From Eledone cirrhosa (taxonomy: Eukaryota), in NCBI GenBank assembly GCA_964016885.1, contig OZ024754.1:46252001-46316000 (forward strand): a DNA stretch of 64,000 bases. The letters run 5' to 3'. The number at the start of each line of letters is the position of its first letter. Positions within the stretch are counted from its first letter, which is position 1. Positions 49,970 to 63,312 of the stretch are shown here, piece after piece. The notes beneath the pieces were generated by a model that worked only from the letters and a program-made list of their open reading frames with translations, was not told the origin of the DNA and ran no database searches. The translations under genes and the position numbers were made by a program.

Positions 49970-51100
49970 CATTTGAGATGTAAATATCACATACTTAAGA
50001 GAGATAGATGTTAGAACTCGAAAACTTGTCAGTGTTACTGGGAACTTTGGTTATGTGGATAGGCTGTACTTGTCATGCAAGGAAGGTGGCCGGGGTCTAA
50101 AATCCATATTAACATCATATGACACCCGGATAGTAACACTGAAGCAACATCTTCAACAGAGGAAAAGTTTTATGGCCCAGGTTTATGAGCATGAAAAAAA
50201 AAATATCATTAGGATAGCCACTGATCTGGAGGAGAGATATGGAATAAAGCCTGATATAAATCTCTCACCCAGAGAAATCGGAAGATCCTATTCACTGTTC
50301 AAAGAAGATGAAAAAATTGACCAATTTACAGAAAAAGTTGTGCACGTATACTTGAGACGTAAAACACAGACCATAGAGGTGATAAACCACTCAAAAAGCC
50401 TGGCATGGAGTTCCGACAAGTTTATGACATGACACCTTGAGGGATATCTCTATGCAATACAGTAACAAGAACTCCCTACCAAATATCTGCTGCACAAAAG
50501 AGGAGGGACATCAGCTGACAATAAACGTAGGCTTATGTAAAACAAAGATTGAAGATGTAAGCGACATTGTTGCCAGCTGCGAAAGAATGTCATCTCGCTA
50601 CTACCTCCCCATGAGACACGATGGGATAGCTAGAACCATCTGGAACGCACTTTGGAAAACAAAATTAACAACAAACGAGGAAGAATATATCGAGACAGAT
50701 GGCACTAAGGAATACTGGTGGAACCTGAAAATAAAAACTGCCACCAAATTAAAGCACAACCGGCCTGATATTGTTGTTTGGGACCACCCATTGAAAACGT
50801 GTTGTGTTGTGGAGATCAGCTGCCCACTTGATGTAAACGTTGTCAGAAAAATACAGGAGGAGGAGGACATCTACGGACCATTGATGAGGAGTTTACAAAT
50901 CCAGTATCCAAAATACACCTTTAGCTTCATACCCATCATTATTGGAGCTACGGGTTATATACCAACCCGCTTGGACCAAAGTATGACTGAACTTGGATTT
51001 GCTGACAAAGAGCGCAGCTCCCTAATTCAGTCTACAAGTGGCTGCGATAGTTGGCACCTTCAAAATTTGCAAAACATTCTTGCGATTCAAGGGATGACAA
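49970..51100 (+). mobile_element. R4/Dong-like non-LTR retrotransposon 3' fragment with restriction-like endonuclease
   Basis: DRLYL..EGGRGL, degenerate CCHC knuckle, RHD, HNRPDIVVWD..VEISCP (PD-(D/E) nuclease) and PIIIGATG; frameshifted. Confidence 0.8.
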
Positions 51101-53047
51101 TTTCTTTTCTTTTACAACCTTGCCACCAGGAAGGTGACCGGTCAAAAAATATATTCGAAATTAAGAGAAAGAGATCACCTACATGTATGTGTGTATGTGT
51201 GTATGTATGTGTGTGTGTGTATGTATGTATGTATGTATGTATGTATGTGTGTATGTATGTATGTATTTGTATATATATATTTATTTATTTCATTATATTT
51301 GTTCCACTCCACGTGGTTTATATTTCACCACCACTACGCCACCACTACGACACCACACCGCCACCAAACCACCACACCAACAACACTCGCTACCACCGCC
51401 ATCATTTGAACTACGTTTTCAAACCCGACATGACTTAGCCTTGATGAAAGAAAATGAGATGACAGCCGTAATCTCCCCCACCCCTCATACTCAATACAGA
51501 GATATATATATTTTCTGACACCATTGGCAATTTTCATGATGGTAGTTGTAGTGTTGATTATTCCTTCATTGCATTTATTGATATTTGACGCGCGTTTCGC
51601 CACTGATCAGCTCAAGGTTCGATCTATATCGATCCTACCCGACTCAATAATCGGCAGCTCGACGGACCCTCTTAAAATGCTATAAGAAAATGAAATACAT
51701 GCTATGTGGTAAAGTCAGAGTTTCAAGAGTTTGACAAAATGAGATGTTTTGATTGGTGAGAAGGATCAAGGCGATGTACTGGCCTGTAGTGTATATGGGG
51801 GGTGGGTGTGATGGTGAGATGTTGGTGACGGTCTGTGGATGAGGTGGGCTGTGGTGTGGTGGTGGTGGTGGTGGGTTGGCCTTGGCGTGTCGAGTATGTT
51901 GGTGTGGGTGTGAAGATATGGTGGTGGTTAAGGTTATTTAGTGGGATGGGTTGTGGTGTGAGGTTAGTGAACTGTCTGTAGACGGGTTGGCGTGTGGTAG
52001 TGGCGCCTTTGTCTATGGTAGCGGCGTTTTTGGTGGTGTGGTGGATGTATTGGTGGCGTCAGGACCTTACATAGATACATAGACGCTCTTCGTCTGACAG
52101 ATATCTTGTATATACGTATACGTACACACATATATGTATATATGTGCACATATATTGTTGTATAAACACACACAACATAAGACACATACTCACATCCTTG
52201 CCCACACATATCGGCATACGCTCACACACAGCCATATGTATATGTACACACATGTATGTGCATGCGCGCATGCGGACACGAATATGGAGAGTGGTGGAGT
52301 ATCGGTGGGGGTGGCGAACGACAGAGATGGGGGGAAGGACTCACACTCATGTATGCAAGATATACACATACACACTCCCACACACGTATACTCACACACA
52401 TATATATATATATATTATATATATATATATACACACATGTACCGACAACACACACATACACGCACATATATACATACATGCACATATATGAGCTCACCTA
52501 CACATAGTCAGATTTACCCATATACATATATGTAGACGTACACATACACACACATACATATATACACACACATACACATATGCATACACATATATATATA
52601 TACAGATATATATATATATATATACACACACATAGACATATGTATATACATGTGTTCACATACACACACACACACACATACAGATAAATTTGCGTACACG
52701 CACGCACACTTAAAACGCCCGTATGAGTAAAATACTTACACACAGACACACACACACTATTGTTGGTTGGGGAGTGGAGGTATGTTTTGTCGGTGTTGGT
52801 GAAGTATGGAGTTGTGTTTTGTGGTGGTGGTGGTGGATGGAGTTGTGAGGGACAAAAATATATATACCGGATCGAATACCGGTTAAGGGGTGAGATAGGG
52901 AACGCGGGGGGGAAAGCGTTTATGGACGTACGGCCATGTGTGTTGTGGACATGGTGATGGTGGTGGTGCTGGGGTGATATGTTCGGCAAGATGATCAGAG
53001 GTTACGGTGTGTTATATGGTAGGCATACGGGGGGTGGGGGTATATAA

Positions 53048-53237
53048 TTGTTTCTACTTTAGGCACAAGGCCAGCAAACAGCCAGTGTATTACTGGTACT
53101 TTATTTTATCGACCCCCGTAAGGATGAAAGGCAAAGTCAACCTAGGCGGGATTTGAACTCAGATCGTAAAGGGACGTAACTATGTTTGAAAGCATGGCGT
53201 CCGACCCTCTACCGAGACTGCCAACCCGCCTCCCTGG
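53048..53237 (-). mobile_element. tRNA-derived SINE
   Basis: B box GAGTTCAAATCC and central GCCTTTCATCCTTACGGGGGTCGATAAAATAAAGTACCAG. Other copies at 1481-1587, 19095-19515, 29500-29685 and 55615-55815. Confidence 0.8.
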
Positions 53238-53544
53238 GGGGTATATAATACAGTCGATTTGGGATCGAGTGATATGTGTTGATGATGATTGTTGAAGTAT
53301 GTGGATGTATTTAGTGGTGGCGGTGGTTGTGTGTGCGTGCGACAGTACAGTTACAGGATCGAATTTAACGTGGGGTTGCAAGTTAGGGTAGATAGAGGGA
53401 ACATGGGGGGATGAGGATGTAGGCGTGTATGGTATGCACATGACGATGTGTGGTGTGGTGGTGGAGATGGTGTGATATGATCGACATTGTATTTACAAGG
53501 TTTCTTGTCATTGTGGATTGCAAGGTAGAACGTATCATATGGTA

Positions 53545-54337
53545 TATATATATATAAAACTAAGGATGTTTGTGTGAGTTTGAATCCCTAAACCTCGAGA
53601 AGCACCCAACCGACTGTTTTCAAACTTTACACCGCGCCCTTATAATATGTCTGTATGTCTAGCTGTCTGCATCGCACTCGGCGCGTCAATGTATGGCTGT
53701 TAAATGGGCCGCAAACGCATTGATTCATTGTAAAGGCTACCAGTGGAAGCAACCGTAACACCCTCCAAATGTCAGAGAACGCAGTGAAAGTTACTATTAA
53801 GAGAACGTTCACATGGCCCTTTTTATGGTCACCACTTGAAATTGTTGATTGTTACCCGTAGTTACTGGAGTGTCAGTGAACGGCTTACAAATCCATTATA
53901 AGGGCCCTTGAAATAACTGATGGCGACCCTTTGGTTTCGGGTGGCGAGTGAACACGCACACGCCTCAAGGCCCATTTTATTGCACCACTCCTCTGTAAAA
54001 TTGTTAAATTATACCCACTGTTTGGTAAACGTTTGTGAAGGTGCGGTGGACTGGTTCGAGAAGGCTCCATATGCTGTCCGATTGCACGTCATGCCTTGCT
54101 CAAGCATTGCAGACTTCCCTCTGATATAAGTGGTGACATCTGTCCTGCTGACTCCTGCCACTTTATTAAAGTACAAAAGCACTTAGCCGATTTTCTTCAC
54201 GTGGAAGGAAAAGCATACCTAATACTAATTGCATCAGAGCATTCGGTTTATTTTCTTTACATATTGTCCAGGCATGCAGTTTTTCTACGATTAGGTCAAA
54301 ATAACTTATCCCGTGCAACGCCGGGTACCACTGCTAG
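53545..54337 (+). mobile_element. Non-autonomous Helitron
   Basis: 5' TATATATAAAACT start; 3' CCCG-TGCAACGC-CGGG hairpin then CTAG|T. Shares subterminal sequence with 46090-46135. Confidence 0.7.
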
Positions 54338-54427
54338 TATTATATATATGTATATTGTTTTACTCTTTTACTTGTCCCAGCCATTTTGCTGAGGTCATGC
54401 TGGGGTACCGCCTTTAATATATTTTTC

Positions 54428-54471
<44 letters not shown>

Positions 54472-54858
54472 GATATATATATATCAATAAAGACGTATCC
54501 ATGAAAGGCAAATCTTATCGGTTGGAAAGCAAAATAAACTTTTGTATTTTATTTGATGAAAGTGCACCAAGCTTGTCTTGGTTGGCCTTGAAATATATAT
54601 AATAAAATAAATATGGTTTTATAAATATAGTTTCCATTTATTTAATATCACGAAATATTTACTCCAGTAAACTGTTGAGTGCTCTAAATCAGTTATAAAC
54701 ATTTGTTTGTCGGACTTGCAACAAATTAAATACAACTTCTACACACACATATATATATATATATATTACGGAGTTGTGTTAAGGAACCAGATGGACCATA
54801 ATGCACCAGAGATAGCCGTCGAAACGGCTTGAGCTCTGCCGTCGGGGTCATACATCTT

Positions 54859-54893
<35 letters not shown>

Positions 54894-55585
54894 CACATTG
54901 TTTGATCAAAATATTAAATTTCTTCATAGAATAATAAATTTTGTTTTATTATTTGTTGCTATTGTTCGGTTGTTGTTGTTGTTGTTGTTACACACATACA
55001 CACTCACAAACTTTGCTAATCTTTTGGCGGCAAAACCACATACATACATACATACATACATACATACATACATAGATACATGTGTGTGTGTGTGCGTGAG
55101 TGAGTATGTGTGAGTTACTGTCACTTTGTTTTCCTTATAAATACAAGTCCCGTTTTTCATATTTTTCATTTCAGCCACTGATTTTGAAAGATGACTACAC
55201 AGTATTCTCATGCGTCCTTTCAACGTGGGTATGCGTTAAGCCCTTCTTAGGGCTGCTCAGAGATACGCCGAAAACCAACCACACCGTTCACTCCTGGGAC
55301 TGAGAAGAAGTCCCACAGGTCAGTCCGATTTATATTTAATTTGTTTAAAAAAAAAAAAAAATTTAATTTATATTTCTTTAAAAAAAAAGAATTCAATTTA
55401 ACTTATTTCTTTAAAAAAAAAGTTCAATTTCATTTATTTCTTTAAAAAAAATTCAATTCAATTAATTTCTTTAAAAAAAAAAGCTTTTATAGTTATGTTT
55501 TTGTATTTTAATCGGGGGTAACATTTTCGATTTAATTAATTTCATCATATTGTTGTATATACACACACACATATATATACAATTG

Positions 55586-55620
<35 letters not shown>

Positions 55621-56333
55621 TGCAGTTATTCGAATACCTTGGAGTATTCGTTTTTATTTCTATGCTCTCTGAGTTTAAATCCTGCCAAGGTCAACTTTGC
55701 CTTTCTTCCTTCCGTTGGATAAAAAAAAGTACCAGTGAAATGCTGGGGTGAATTCTTCCTATCTATAGTTTTCTCGCAATTATCTTTTTCTGAATAAAAG
55801 TACCAGTCAAATACTGGGTTCCTCTCTTCTCTCATTTTTCTCTGTCTATCTTTCTGGAAGAATTTTCTATTTTTAGAACTGGAGGAGTTGGTATTTGCTA
55901 GTGATTAAGGGAGAAAATGAAAGATATATATGTATATATATGTATAATATGTGTGTTGATGAGATTATGTGGGGGTGGGGGGGTAAAAATTGTTTTTTAA
56001 GATTTATCTGGAAAAATCTGTTGAATTCACATGGTTGGTATTGTCTCTGTTCTCTGTTTTCAAAAGACTTATAAAAGCTGACTCAGTATTGTTTATCCAA
56101 TAAAGTAGCAGTAATACGTTATAGTTAGATTAACGTTAATTTTGTTCACTTGTAATTTAGAGAATATAAAATATAAAATGCACCATTAGAATATATAACT
56201 TATTTTTATTCCAGATTCTCCTAAAAATTTGTCCCTGTTCAATTCCTTCTCTGCCACAAACCTCTCATTTTTGGATAGAATTTTTTTATTTATTTTTTTA
56301 CGTTAGGTTAAACCAGCCAACCAATTTTTTTAA

Positions 56334-56405
<72 letters not shown>

Positions 56406-56505
56406 GCTTATGAAACGTGTGTGTATATATATATTTATTTATATGTATATATATATATATATATATATTTATAATTTATATATATATAATTTATATATAT
56501 ATATA

Positions 56506-56547
<42 letters not shown>

Positions 56548-56560
56548 TTATATATATATA

Positions 56561-56601
<41 letters not shown>

Positions 56602-57355
56602 GTGTGTGTATGTATGTCTGTATGTACGTGTGTGTACATGAATATATATTTATATATTTTTATATATATGTGTGTGTTTTTATGTGTGTATATGTGTTTG
56701 TGTGTGTGTTTATGGTTGCGCGTAAGTGTGTGAGTGAGTATGTGTTTTTTTGTTTTTTTGTGAATGTGTCTGTTGATTTTTGGCATATAGTTGATTAGTT
56801 TAAGAGAAGTTCGAAGATAATAGTAAGATATGCACTCAGTATTTTGAATCTGTCTGCAGAATTCTCTAGACCTTTGTCACTTAGAACCTTAATGACTTTA
56901 GCTTTTAAAGAATCTCCCCTTTTCTTTAATTCTATCGACTATGACTGACCCCCCACTGATTTTATAGACATCTGTTAGCTTAAGAGAAACTTATTGACAA
57001 GGAATGGTAGGCCATCCGGAACCTGTTTATAGAATTCTGTCTGCCCTTGTTACTCTAAAAACATAATAAATAAAAATAAAAATAAAAATGAACTATAGCT
57101 TTGTAGAATTAGCTTTTAATGAATTCCCTTTTCTATCAACCAACGACCTGCACCCATCCCACTCCCCACCCTCTCCTACCACTTGTAGAGACCTATAAAT
57201 ACCATATTTATTTTTTGATACCCAGATTCCTGATGATTTCAAATGAATGAAACAGTTCTAGTCCTGTAGAATCTCATCTATATTAAAACTTATACTCTGC
57301 TATGTATTGAGTACCTTACTTACTGTGGTTACCTCCGATTCAACCCGGAATAACG

Positions 57356-57356
<1 letters not shown>

Positions 57357-57387
<31 letters not shown>

Positions 57388-57410
57388 TATATATATATAT
57401 ATATAATATA

Positions 57411-57477
<67 letters not shown>

Positions 57478-57491
57478 TATATATATATATT

Positions 57492-57557
<66 letters not shown>

Positions 57558-57569
57558 TATATATATATA

Positions 57570-57638
<69 letters not shown>

Positions 57639-57666
57639 TATATATATATATTTATATATATATATT

Positions 57667-57717
<51 letters not shown>

Positions 57718-57753
57718 ATATATTTATATTATATATATTTATATATATATATT

Positions 57754-57784
<31 letters not shown>

Positions 57785-57872
57785 TTATATTTATATATAT
57801 ATATTTATATATATATATTTATATATATATATTTATATATATATATATATATTTATAATATATATATATATT

Positions 57873-57903
<31 letters not shown>

Positions 57904-58052
57904 ATATTTATATGTATATATATATATTTATATGTATATTTATATATTTATATATTTATATATATATTTATATATTTATATATTTATATATATATATATT
58001 TATATATATATATTTATATATATATATTTATATATATTTATTTATATATATA

Positions 58053-58101
<49 letters not shown>

Positions 58102-58113
58102 TTATTTATATAT
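57357..58113. repeat. Long imperfect (AT)n microsatellite (another at 56340-56600)
   Basis: Seen directly in the sequence. Confidence 0.95.
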
Positions 58114-58780
58114 AGAAAAGGTGAATATAAAATGAAAGTGCTTTTTTTTTAAAAAAAGGAATTTATTAGGTATCGACATGTTTCTGTAACAGACGAAATA
58201 CCTATGTATCGCTGCTTGCGTAATCATATAATTGTTTCTACTTTTGGCACAAGGCCAGCAATTAACCCAGTGTATTACTGGTGCGTAATCATATAATGTT
58301 AGCAAGTATTCGATAGCAAATGTATAATCAGTTGTCACTTCAGAGATTTTGGATAAATTTGAAAAAATCAGAAAAATTGAAGTATTTATATTAGTTGTAA
58401 TAGAGGAAGAGAAGTATATGACAGATGGTAATTCAATTTACTGCTAAACAAGTATATAAATGGTTTTTAATGAGAATACAATGAGTAAATGGTTTATTTT
58501 ATCTAAATAATAATTTTTGGGAGTGCCTATTTTAATCTATACTTGACCAATTGAACAATGGACAGGGCTGGTTATTTGGTGTAGTAGTATTAATTATAAA
58601 GTGTCGATTAAGGAAGGGGGAGATTTCGACTGCTACTGAATAACTTCCAATGCTAGTAGTCAGCTGGTATATGCATTAGGGAATTGAATTAAGAAATCTC
58701 ATTTTATCTATAACAGTTTATATTAAATGATAACCTGAAATTTTTATATTTATATATATATATTTATTTATTTATATATA

Positions 58781-59012
58781 TATATTAAAATAACCGATTA
58801 AAGTTTAAGCAAAGAATCGCTGCGTTCACCCTTAACGGGATCTTCTGAAATTCATTTAAGATCCCGTTAAGGTTGAAAGCAGCGATTCTTTGCTTAAACT
58901 TTAATCTGTTATTTTAATATATATTTGCTGTACGGTTCTTATATATTTGATATATATTTATTCATATCGAGCCCTTTTTTAATTTTAGTTTTCAAATTTA
59001 TTATTATTACTA
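58781..59012. repeat. Foldback repeat (about 64-bp arms), probably Penelope-derived
   Basis: 58781-58844 is the reverse complement of 58858-58921 with about 3 mismatches. A paralog with the same downstream tail lies at 7729-7910 and a single arm at 46291-46360. Confidence 0.7.
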
Positions 59013-59159
59013 TATATTATGTGTGTGTGTATATTATGTGTGTATGTATTCTGTGTGTATTATGTGTCTGTATTAGGTGTCTGTATTTGTGCGTATTATC
59101 TGTGTGTATTATCTGTGTATTATCTGTATTATATGTGTGTATTATATGTGTATATGTGT

Positions 59160-59350
59160 GTTGGTGGATTGGCAGTATCGGTAGAGGGTCGGACGCCATG
59201 CTTTGACGCATAGAGTTACGGCCCTTGCTATTCTGAGTTCAAATCCCGCCGAGGTTAACTTTGCGTTTCATCCTTACGGGGTTGATAAAATAAAGTACCA
59301 GTAATGCACTGGGATAATTGCTGGCCTTGTGCCAAAAGTAGAAACAATTG
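59160..59350 (+). mobile_element. tRNA-derived SINE (same family as 53048-53237)
   Basis: A box TGGCAGTATCGG, B box GAGTTCAAATCC and the same central domain and tail. Confidence 0.8.
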
Positions 59351-60839
59351 TGTGTATTATATGTGTGTATTATATGTGTATTATCTGTGTATTATGTGTG
59401 TATTATCTGTGTATTATCTGTGTATTATATGTGTATATGTGTGTATTATCTGTATTATATGTGTGTATTATGTGTGTATTATGTGTGTATTGTGTGTAGT
59501 ATGTCTGTATTATGTGTCTGTATTATGTGTGTATTTGTAATAAATGTCTACTATATACACATGTATATATATATAATATATAAATACAATATAATAATAT
59601 ATATGTTGGTGTGTATCGGGTTTGTGTTTATATCACCGTAGAAATCTGTTTATGCAACATTCTAATTAGCAAAGGGAAATTACTGTAGTATATTTTAATA
59701 AAAATATTTTATTTTCCGTTTTAGCCAGAAATTTTGTTGTTTGATAAAACTGTCATTGAATTTATGCCTTGTCTGTTTCTGCTGAAGACTACTTTACTAA
59801 TTAAGCTTAAGCTTAATTTATTATATCGGTTTTCATCGTAAAATTGAGACGGGTGTTTTTTCATGTCTATTTAATGCAGCACGTTAGTGATATAGTAAGT
59901 TTTAGTTTCTATTTGTTTGAATATCATTTCGAAGCAGATACGACGGGGTTCATTAATTTCTAGATGAATTATTTGGGTTTAGTTTTAGTTTGTGGTTGTG
60001 TGTGTGTGTGTGTGGGGGGGGGGTATATATAAAACTGAATAGCTATATATATTTATATCATCTTGTCAATATCTAACCTTTTTCCTCATAAATATAGACA
60101 GAAATTACGGTATACAAGTAGGCACATGCATTAAAACTTAATATATGGTTATGTTACCAGGAAGCTGGAGAGTGAAAGTAATATAGTTACGGTTATCTTG
60201 AGGAAACGCTATATTTTTTTTTTTATACGCTTTTGCAATATAAGAATAGGAAACGAAGACAAACTGATTGATGCAGACAAAATATATATTTATGGTAATT
60301 GTTCAGAATTAAGATCGTAGATGTGACCGATGTGAAGCAGCTGTAGAAAGTTGGCATGATGTAGTGAAGAATGCAGTGGGTAGAAAAGACATCCCCGAGA
60401 ATAAACATAGAAAGAGTAGTTGGTGATTGTTGCAGTGAAAATCAATGAAGTACAAGCATAACGGACAAGAGAGAAGAATGCAGGCCCAGCAGTTGGAGTT
60501 CGCTACCAAGCAGATGCCAATATAATATGAAATATTAGGGAATCGGATAATGTCGATTCCCTGTTTTATTGCAAAAGCGAATCCTTTAAAGTGCGAAACA
60601 ATATAGTGTTTGTCGTTGATGTATTTATATCTATATTACTCTACATAAGCCCACAAACAGAGGCCTTCAACAGTAAATATGTAATTGGCCTTTGTTTAAA
60701 AAGAAATTTTTTTTCTTAATATAATTGTTTATCTGCTGGATTGGTCATTGACCATTTTAGTAGGAGAGGGGATTTTGTTAGTGGTGCGTTACCTTTGCTG
60801 ACTTAACTCTGAGAAAGAAAAGCAATTATATTTTTCTTT

Positions 60840-62335
60840 GACTGTATTTAGCCACTGAAGAATGGGTGTAGCTCCTTGGAGCAATCCAAGCAGTAACTCG
60901 AAGAACCACCGGGTGTAATGACTTTGGCTTTAGTGTTCGTGTAGAGCAGTGATACTTTTGTATTCCACAAAAATCTTGATCAGGCAGTGACGATAGTCAG
61001 AATTATAGGCAATTTGCTTTAGCTCGCTCAAATATCTTCCTCAGCATCAGGATGTGACCGTTGGTTGATCTCTATCTGTGAAGCTGTTCTGGTTGTTTGA
61101 GCTTTTTGTCCATGCAGGGCTGGATTCTCTTTAGAATCATCCTGTTGAGGGTCTTTGCCACAAGTGAGGTCCCCCTGTAGTTGTTTCTGTTAGAGAGATC
61201 TGCCTTCTTTGGCAGTGGCACGAAGTTACTGATCGTCCACTTGTTCAGGGCAACTCGTTTCTCCAGTCCCTTTTTACAGAACTGCAAGCTATGAAAATCA
61301 CAACTCTACATGACCTGATGCCACTCGATTTTCTCCATGGGCCTTGCCCTCCTTTATCTTCTTTTTTTGCTCTCTGAAGCTCCTCTCTGGCAAAGGGTCC
61401 TGTCTCAATATTCAGTTTTTGTAACAGCCACCTGATCTGCCCAGTGTTCTTGGCTGTGGAGGGCATCTCATAGTTGTGTTCTAAAATGGTTCAGCCATTT
61501 CCTTTTTCCTATCCTCTGGATCTGTTTCCTTGATCTGACCTTTCCTCCATGTGATCTCGTTGATCATCCAACTGTCAACCGTTCTCTTAACACTTTTAGT
61601 GCCTCCTCTCTGGCGTCAGTGTAAGCGGTACAGAGTGCTTCCCTCATCACCTCCACTGTGTCCATCCTCTCCATAGTATCAGCACAGAATTGGTCCTTGG
61701 CAGGCTGCACACACCTTTGGGGTCTGCAGAACTGACATGCTTCTTCTTCTTTCTCCTCAGCATCAGTGTCTCACTTGCTTCTGCTACTGCATTGTTCAAG
61801 TAGCCGTACCTCTTTGTCAAACTCTCTACAAAGAGCACTGAACCTGTTGCTCACTTCTCCTGTGAACCTCTTCTGTAGCTTATGTTCCTTGAAAGTTCCC
61901 CAGTCATAGATTATACTGTTGGTGTAGCCTTGCTCTTTCTTAAGCTCACCCGGACCTCACTCATAACAAGCATGTGTCCACTGTCCCAGTGTACTGAAAT
62001 AGTTGTATGGTTCTGTGTTGAGAACACTATTGCGCTGCTTTTTCCTCACCAGAAAGAAATCAATCTAGGTCTTGGTCCACATCTTTTCTGGATTCTTCCT
62101 TAACGTTAGGTTGGTTGCCATCAAGTTTGCATCCAGCATGGCGTCTGTCGGTAGTCTTCCATTTCGGTTGGTGTTAGGGAATTACCAGCGCGGATCTTCA
62201 CTGCTCTCCTTACTCGGATGTGCATAGAAGTCCCTCAGAAGAATGATGTTTTGAGCTTGTGTGGTGTTGACAGCTCTACACATCTCATGAAATTCCTCTG
62301 CATTCACATCACTGTCTCCCTTGGTAGAACTATAA
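60840..62335 (-). mobile_element. Degraded RTE-like LINE of a different family
   Basis: VPLPKKADLS..NNYRGTSL..KTLNRMILKRI RT motif with APE-like remnants upstream on the minus strand. Confidence 0.7.
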
Positions 62336-62344
62336 GCTGATATC

Positions 62345-63312
62345 CGGTTTTAAATTCCTGTTATTGCCTGCAGGACTATGATAAAAAGAAGAGGGCTAAG
62401 AACAGCCCTGGTGTACACGGACCTGCATGCTAAATTCCTCGCTCTAATCATTGATAACCCTAACTTTGCTGATTGTTTCTTTATACATGGCTTGTACAGC
62501 CCTCATAAGCCATTCATCTACTTTTAATTTTCCAAGAGCCGACCGTATTATAGCATGGTGGACTGTGTCGAAGGCTTTTTCCATTTCGACAAATGCCAGG
62601 TAGAGTGGCTTACTTTTAGCTAGGTACTAATCAACTGTGCTATAACTCTTTACGTTACTTTCATGACCTGGTCCATCAGCTTTATACCTCTCTAGTTTCC
62701 TCTATCTAGTGCATCACCTTTACCTTTGTATCAGTTGACCATGATGCTGCTGCACGAATCGTTTAGTATTATCTAGTTAACATTACTTGTGGTTATGGTC
62801 TGATCTACTGACCCAGATGCCTTGAGCATCTCGGCAACTATACCCGATGGACCGGTTGCCTTCCCCGTCTTCATATCTTTGATTGCCATACTATATTGCT
62901 GCTGACTTGTTCTGCTAGCCCCTCTATAGGGTTCACTTTGGGTATGGTATCTTTTTCCCATGCATTCTCCCCATTTAGTAATCTTTCATACTGGCTCTTC
63001 CATGCATCTCCTCAGAAATTGTGAGTGCAATCTGACCTTTATCATTCTGGATACACTTTTGTCCAATGACATCACAATTCTCTCTGACACACTGCCTCGT
63101 AATCTCGAACACCTGTTTCTGTTCCTCGTGTTGCAAAAGATGCATGAAATTCCTATCCTCTACCTTCCTTCTAGCTAAGTATACTTGTCGCCTAGCTTCG
63201 CTCCTGGTCTCTCTGTAATGTGCCCTGTTTTTCCATTCTTTCCATGCCTGTCTCTTAGCCTTAATTGCCTCATCTACCATATTGTTCTACCACCAAGTGA
63301 CTCTCCTAATCC
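62345..63312 (-). mobile_element. Diverged RTE LINE fragment
   Basis: WWWNNMVDEAIKAK, KATGPSGI and LAFVEMEKAFD remnants. Confidence 0.8.
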
